DNA from: a virus
Taxonomy: Duplodnaviria > Caudoviricetes
Length of the DNA stretch: 64,000 nt
Virus record (IMG/VR): IMGVR_UViG_3300044901_000083
Span: 3,740-67,739 of that record
Reading direction: 5' to 3' (one strand)
The translations under genes and the position numbers were made by a program. Below, one piece after another: positions 62,973 through 64,000 of this stretch. Position 1 is the stretch's first letter. Each line of letters opens with the position of its first letter. A model generated the notes under the pieces. It saw only the letters and a program-made list of their open reading frames with translations, did no database searches and was not told the DNA's origin.

Positions 62973-64000
62973 TCAGAACGGCGCCGCCGGCGGCAGGTCA
63001 CCCACCAGGGGCTTCAGCGGCAGCGCGATCACCTTGGTGGGCACGCCGCTGAACTTCTCGGCCTTGTTGTTCCACTTCGAGGCACCAGCGGTGCGCAGCA
63101 GCACGCCGCGCAGGTCGGCCTCGAAGCCGGTGCCGGCCATCATGCGCTTGAGCTCGGTGCTGGTGTTCGACAGCAGCAGGTGCCCATCCTTCACCTTCAG
63201 GCCGTGGCGCATCAGGTGGTCGGCGGCCGCCTCCGGCTTCAGGTCGAGCGTGCCAGTGGGGTTGCCCACGGCGCAGCGCACGAGCTCGTAGACCGTGACC
63301 TCGATGCCGCGCTCGATGCGGATGTGCGCCTCCATCAGCGCCGACAGGGCCTTCTGCGACTCGTCGCTGTCCGCCATGTCGCGGTGCTCGGACCAGTCGT
63401 AGCGGTCGATCAGCTCAAGTGCCTGCTCGCGCGTGGCGACCTCGGTGCTGATCAGCGACCAGGCGCCGGCCAGCAGCGTGCCGTACTGGTCGCCGTCGCG
63501 CTGCGAGCCGAAGCGGTCGGCGGCAGCGTCGGAGAACACCGTGATGTTCTGCAGCGTCACCGGCAGCATGTCGATCGCGCGGCGCAGCAGGCGCGCCGGC
63601 AGTTCCTGCTTCTTGTGCAGGCCGTGCAGGATCTCGCGCAGCGCGCGCCACTCCTCGCCGGCGCTGGCCTTCTCGGCGTCGCTGGTGGAGCGCAGGCCAA
63701 GCACGGTCAGGCGGTCGATGTCGGCCTTCTGCTTCAGCGCGACCTGGATGGACGCGAGGCAGAACATCGAGCGCACGTCGAAGCTGAGCGCCTGGCCGCT
63801 GGCGGTGCCCTTGTAGGTCTTCGCGCCGGTCTCGCTCGACGCCTGGCGGATCAGGCCCAGGATGTTCTGGATCCGCCGGATGTCGTCCTCCTCGTTCGAC
63901 TCGCTCTCGTCCATCGTCACCGGCCGCGCGTCGGTCTTCAGCTCCTGGCGGATGCCTGGCTCTGTCGACTTGCCGAGCGCGTAGACGTCCATGCCGCCGA
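62973..64000 (-). CDS. C-terminal part of primase-associated SF3/DUF927-like helicase (open at right edge)
   Basis: GKSTEPGIRQ, PVTMDESE, VRSMFCLASI, RDGDQYGTLLAG; frame open past 63992. Confidence 0.7.
   Translation of the reverse strand, partial: GGMDVYALGKSTEPGIRQELKTDARPVTMDESESNEEDDIRRIQNILGLIRQASSETGAKTYKGTASGQALSFDVRSMFCLASIQVALKQKADIDRLTVLGLRSTSDAEKASAGEEWRALREILHGLHKKQELPARLLRRAIDMLPVTLQNITVFSDAAADRFGSQRDGDQYGTLLAGAWSLISTEVATREQALELIDRYDWSEHRDMADSDESQKALSALMEAHIRIERGIEVTVYELVRCAVGNPTGTLDLKPEAAADHLMRHGLKVKDGHLLLSNTSTELKRMMAGTGFEADLRGVLLRTAGASKWNNKAEKFSGVPTKVIALPLKPLVGDLPPAAPF

Overview
The whole window is phage sequence: about 64 kb from a GC-rich myovirus or prophage/phage-plasmid. 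The host is probably proteobacterial (inference from the ACP and AraC sequences). I saw no host housekeeping genes, integrase, CRISPR array or IS element. Layout: (1) 1-15.4 kb, a minus-strand morphogenesis module resembling SPO1/A511/K-type (Herelleviridae-like) proteins: tail sheath, neck/adaptor genes, a head-appendage cassette with a beta-helix protein, major capsid, scaffold and prohead protease. (2) 16-36.5 kb, probable virion-packaged conflict proteins (SNF2 helicase, DarB-like methyltransferase-helicase, InPase-domain protein, MuF, zeta-like kinase) plus a Ser/Thr phosphatase, an AraC moron, an RNA island (atypical tRNA-CAT, a ~170 nt structured RNA, a ~400-700 nt ROOL-like RNA) and the portal. 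(3) 36.5-50 kb, a glycoside hydrolase, terminase, acyl carrier protein and small genes. (4) A probable replication origin at ~50.5-50.95 kb. (5) Divergent arrays of small early genes and the 3' part of a primase-helicase. Strongest observations: the large structured RNA; a 14-copy promoter motif (GTCGTGA-N3-nAnnnT) that mostly sits exactly 6 nt before an SD-less ATG, implying leaderless late mRNAs; and a shared hydrophobic-K|A/S motif that looks like a capsid-targeting and maturation signal. All family assignments come from motif recognition by eye; no database search was run.
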